A program made the position numbers and the translations under genes. This document shows, one piece after another, positions 62,858 to 63,256 of a stretch of DNA of 63,256 nucleotides. Source of the DNA: Micromonosporaceae bacterium (GTDB lineage Bacteria > Actinomycetota > Actinomycetes > Mycobacteriales > Micromonosporaceae). The stretch is taken from assembly GCA_050701635.1 (NCBI GenBank), contig JBOGDF010000001.1, positions 1-63,256 on the forward strand. Reading direction: 5' to 3'. The notes beneath the pieces are model-generated. The model worked only from the letters and a program-made list of their open reading frames with translations, searched no databases and had not been told where the DNA came from. The number at the start of each line of letters is the position of its first letter. Within the stretch, counting starts at the first letter, position 1.

Positions 62858-63256
62858 TCAGGTCAGCGGGACAGCCGCGACCGGGGTGGTGGTGGGCCGC
62901 GGCGAACCGCCGGCCGGCTCCACGGTGACGCCCAGCAAGTCGGCGTCACCCAGCCCTTCCAGCAGCCGGGTTGCACCGGTCGCCCCCGCCGGCAGCACGC
63001 CAGCTGACCGCGGTACCGCGCCAGCAATCACCCAGAGCTGGTACGCCTGATCCCGATCCACCGCGGACAGCTCGGACAGCACCACCACGGCACGGTCCTG
63101 GCTGGCGGAGACCACCACCGAGATCCGGCCGCCGCCGGTGGCCTCGGCGGTGCGTACCGTCGCGTCGTCGGCGGCGAGCACCGCGGCGATGGCGGCCTCG
63201 CGTCGCCGGGCCTCGGCCGCGTCCTTCCGGGCGTCCTCGGCGGCGGCGCGTTCGGC
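62858..63256 (-). CDS. Anti-sigma-K factor RskA-like C-terminal domain protein (5' end outside the window)
   Basis: It has YQLWVI...PRSAGVL...GVTVEPAGGSP, typical of the RskA extracytoplasmic domain. The frame stays open to the window edge. Confidence 0.6.
   Translation of the reverse strand, partial: AERAAAEDARKDAAEARRREAAIAAVLAADDATVRTAEATGGGRISVVVSASQDRAVVVLSELSAVDRDQAYQLWVIAGAVPRSAGVLPAGATGATRLLEGLGDADLLGVTVEPAGGSPRPTTTPVAAVPLT

Noticed and set aside
1-63256. Prophage, integrative element, tRNA, rRNA or transposase genes.
   Set aside because: No integrase, transposase or capsid-like translation was recognised by eye on either strand, and no tRNA-like GGTTCGAATCC arm. A proper tRNAscan/ISfinder run could still find small elements.

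Overview
This is a high-GC actinomycete chromosomal segment. No rRNA, tRNA, CRISPR array, transposase or integrase was recognised. It is dominated by respiratory-chain genes.

Right half: a complete 14-gene NADH:quinone oxidoreductase operon, nuoA-N, runs on the minus strand from 56082 to 40122. Most of its junctions are 1-4 nt ATGA/GTGA/TGATG overlaps. It sits in a menaquinone neighbourhood: a polyprenyl diphosphate synthase, a MenJ-like geranylgeranyl reductase preceded by a near-consensus Rex box, menG, and a futalosine-pathway radical-SAM enzyme (MqnC-like).

Left half: a second, 10-subunit nuo paralogue set (A2, B2, C2, H2, I2, J2, K2, L2, M2, N2) followed by htpX. It has no D/E/F/G paralogues. 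All ten ORFs look intact, but the set is split into five blocks by unrelated genes.
- A roughly 6.4-kb accessory islet lies between nuoI2 and nuoH2. It carries a gntR-PP2C operon, an AbiEii-like nucleotidyltransferase cassette with non-canonical partners, a microprotein plus Zn-ribbon pair, an RHH/DUF4097 trio and a Phd-VapC module.
- An opposite-strand dTMP-kinase-like gene lies between nuoI2 and nuoJ2.
- A VOC gene and an SDR gene lie between nuoB2 and nuoC2.
- A 5-kb block lies between nuoA2 and nuoB2: a TetR gene, a membrane protein, a doubly disrupted membrane-protein pseudogene, an alpha/beta hydrolase and a GH20 hexosaminidase.

The middle of the window holds an ECF sigma/anti-sigma pair, korAB (2-oxoacid:ferredoxin oxidoreductase), an orphan RHH gene, a holin-family membrane protein, rarD, Tat-dependent phoX with a candidate PHO box, a SARP/NB-ARC/TPR regulator and a secreted beta-propeller-like protein.

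Non-genic signals worth follow-up:
- A roughly 167-bp imperfect palindromic element at 22.5 kb, whose 17-nt core recurs at the window start.
- A helically phased TGACGC array upstream of the RHH/DUF4097 operon.
- A perfect 24-bp palindrome that sequesters the phd Shine-Dalgarno sequence.
- Tandem duplication of the vapC 3' end.
- A triple 13-nt repeat next to the Rex box.

All calls come from reading the sequence and the ORF translations. No searches or computations were run, and family names come from remembered motifs.
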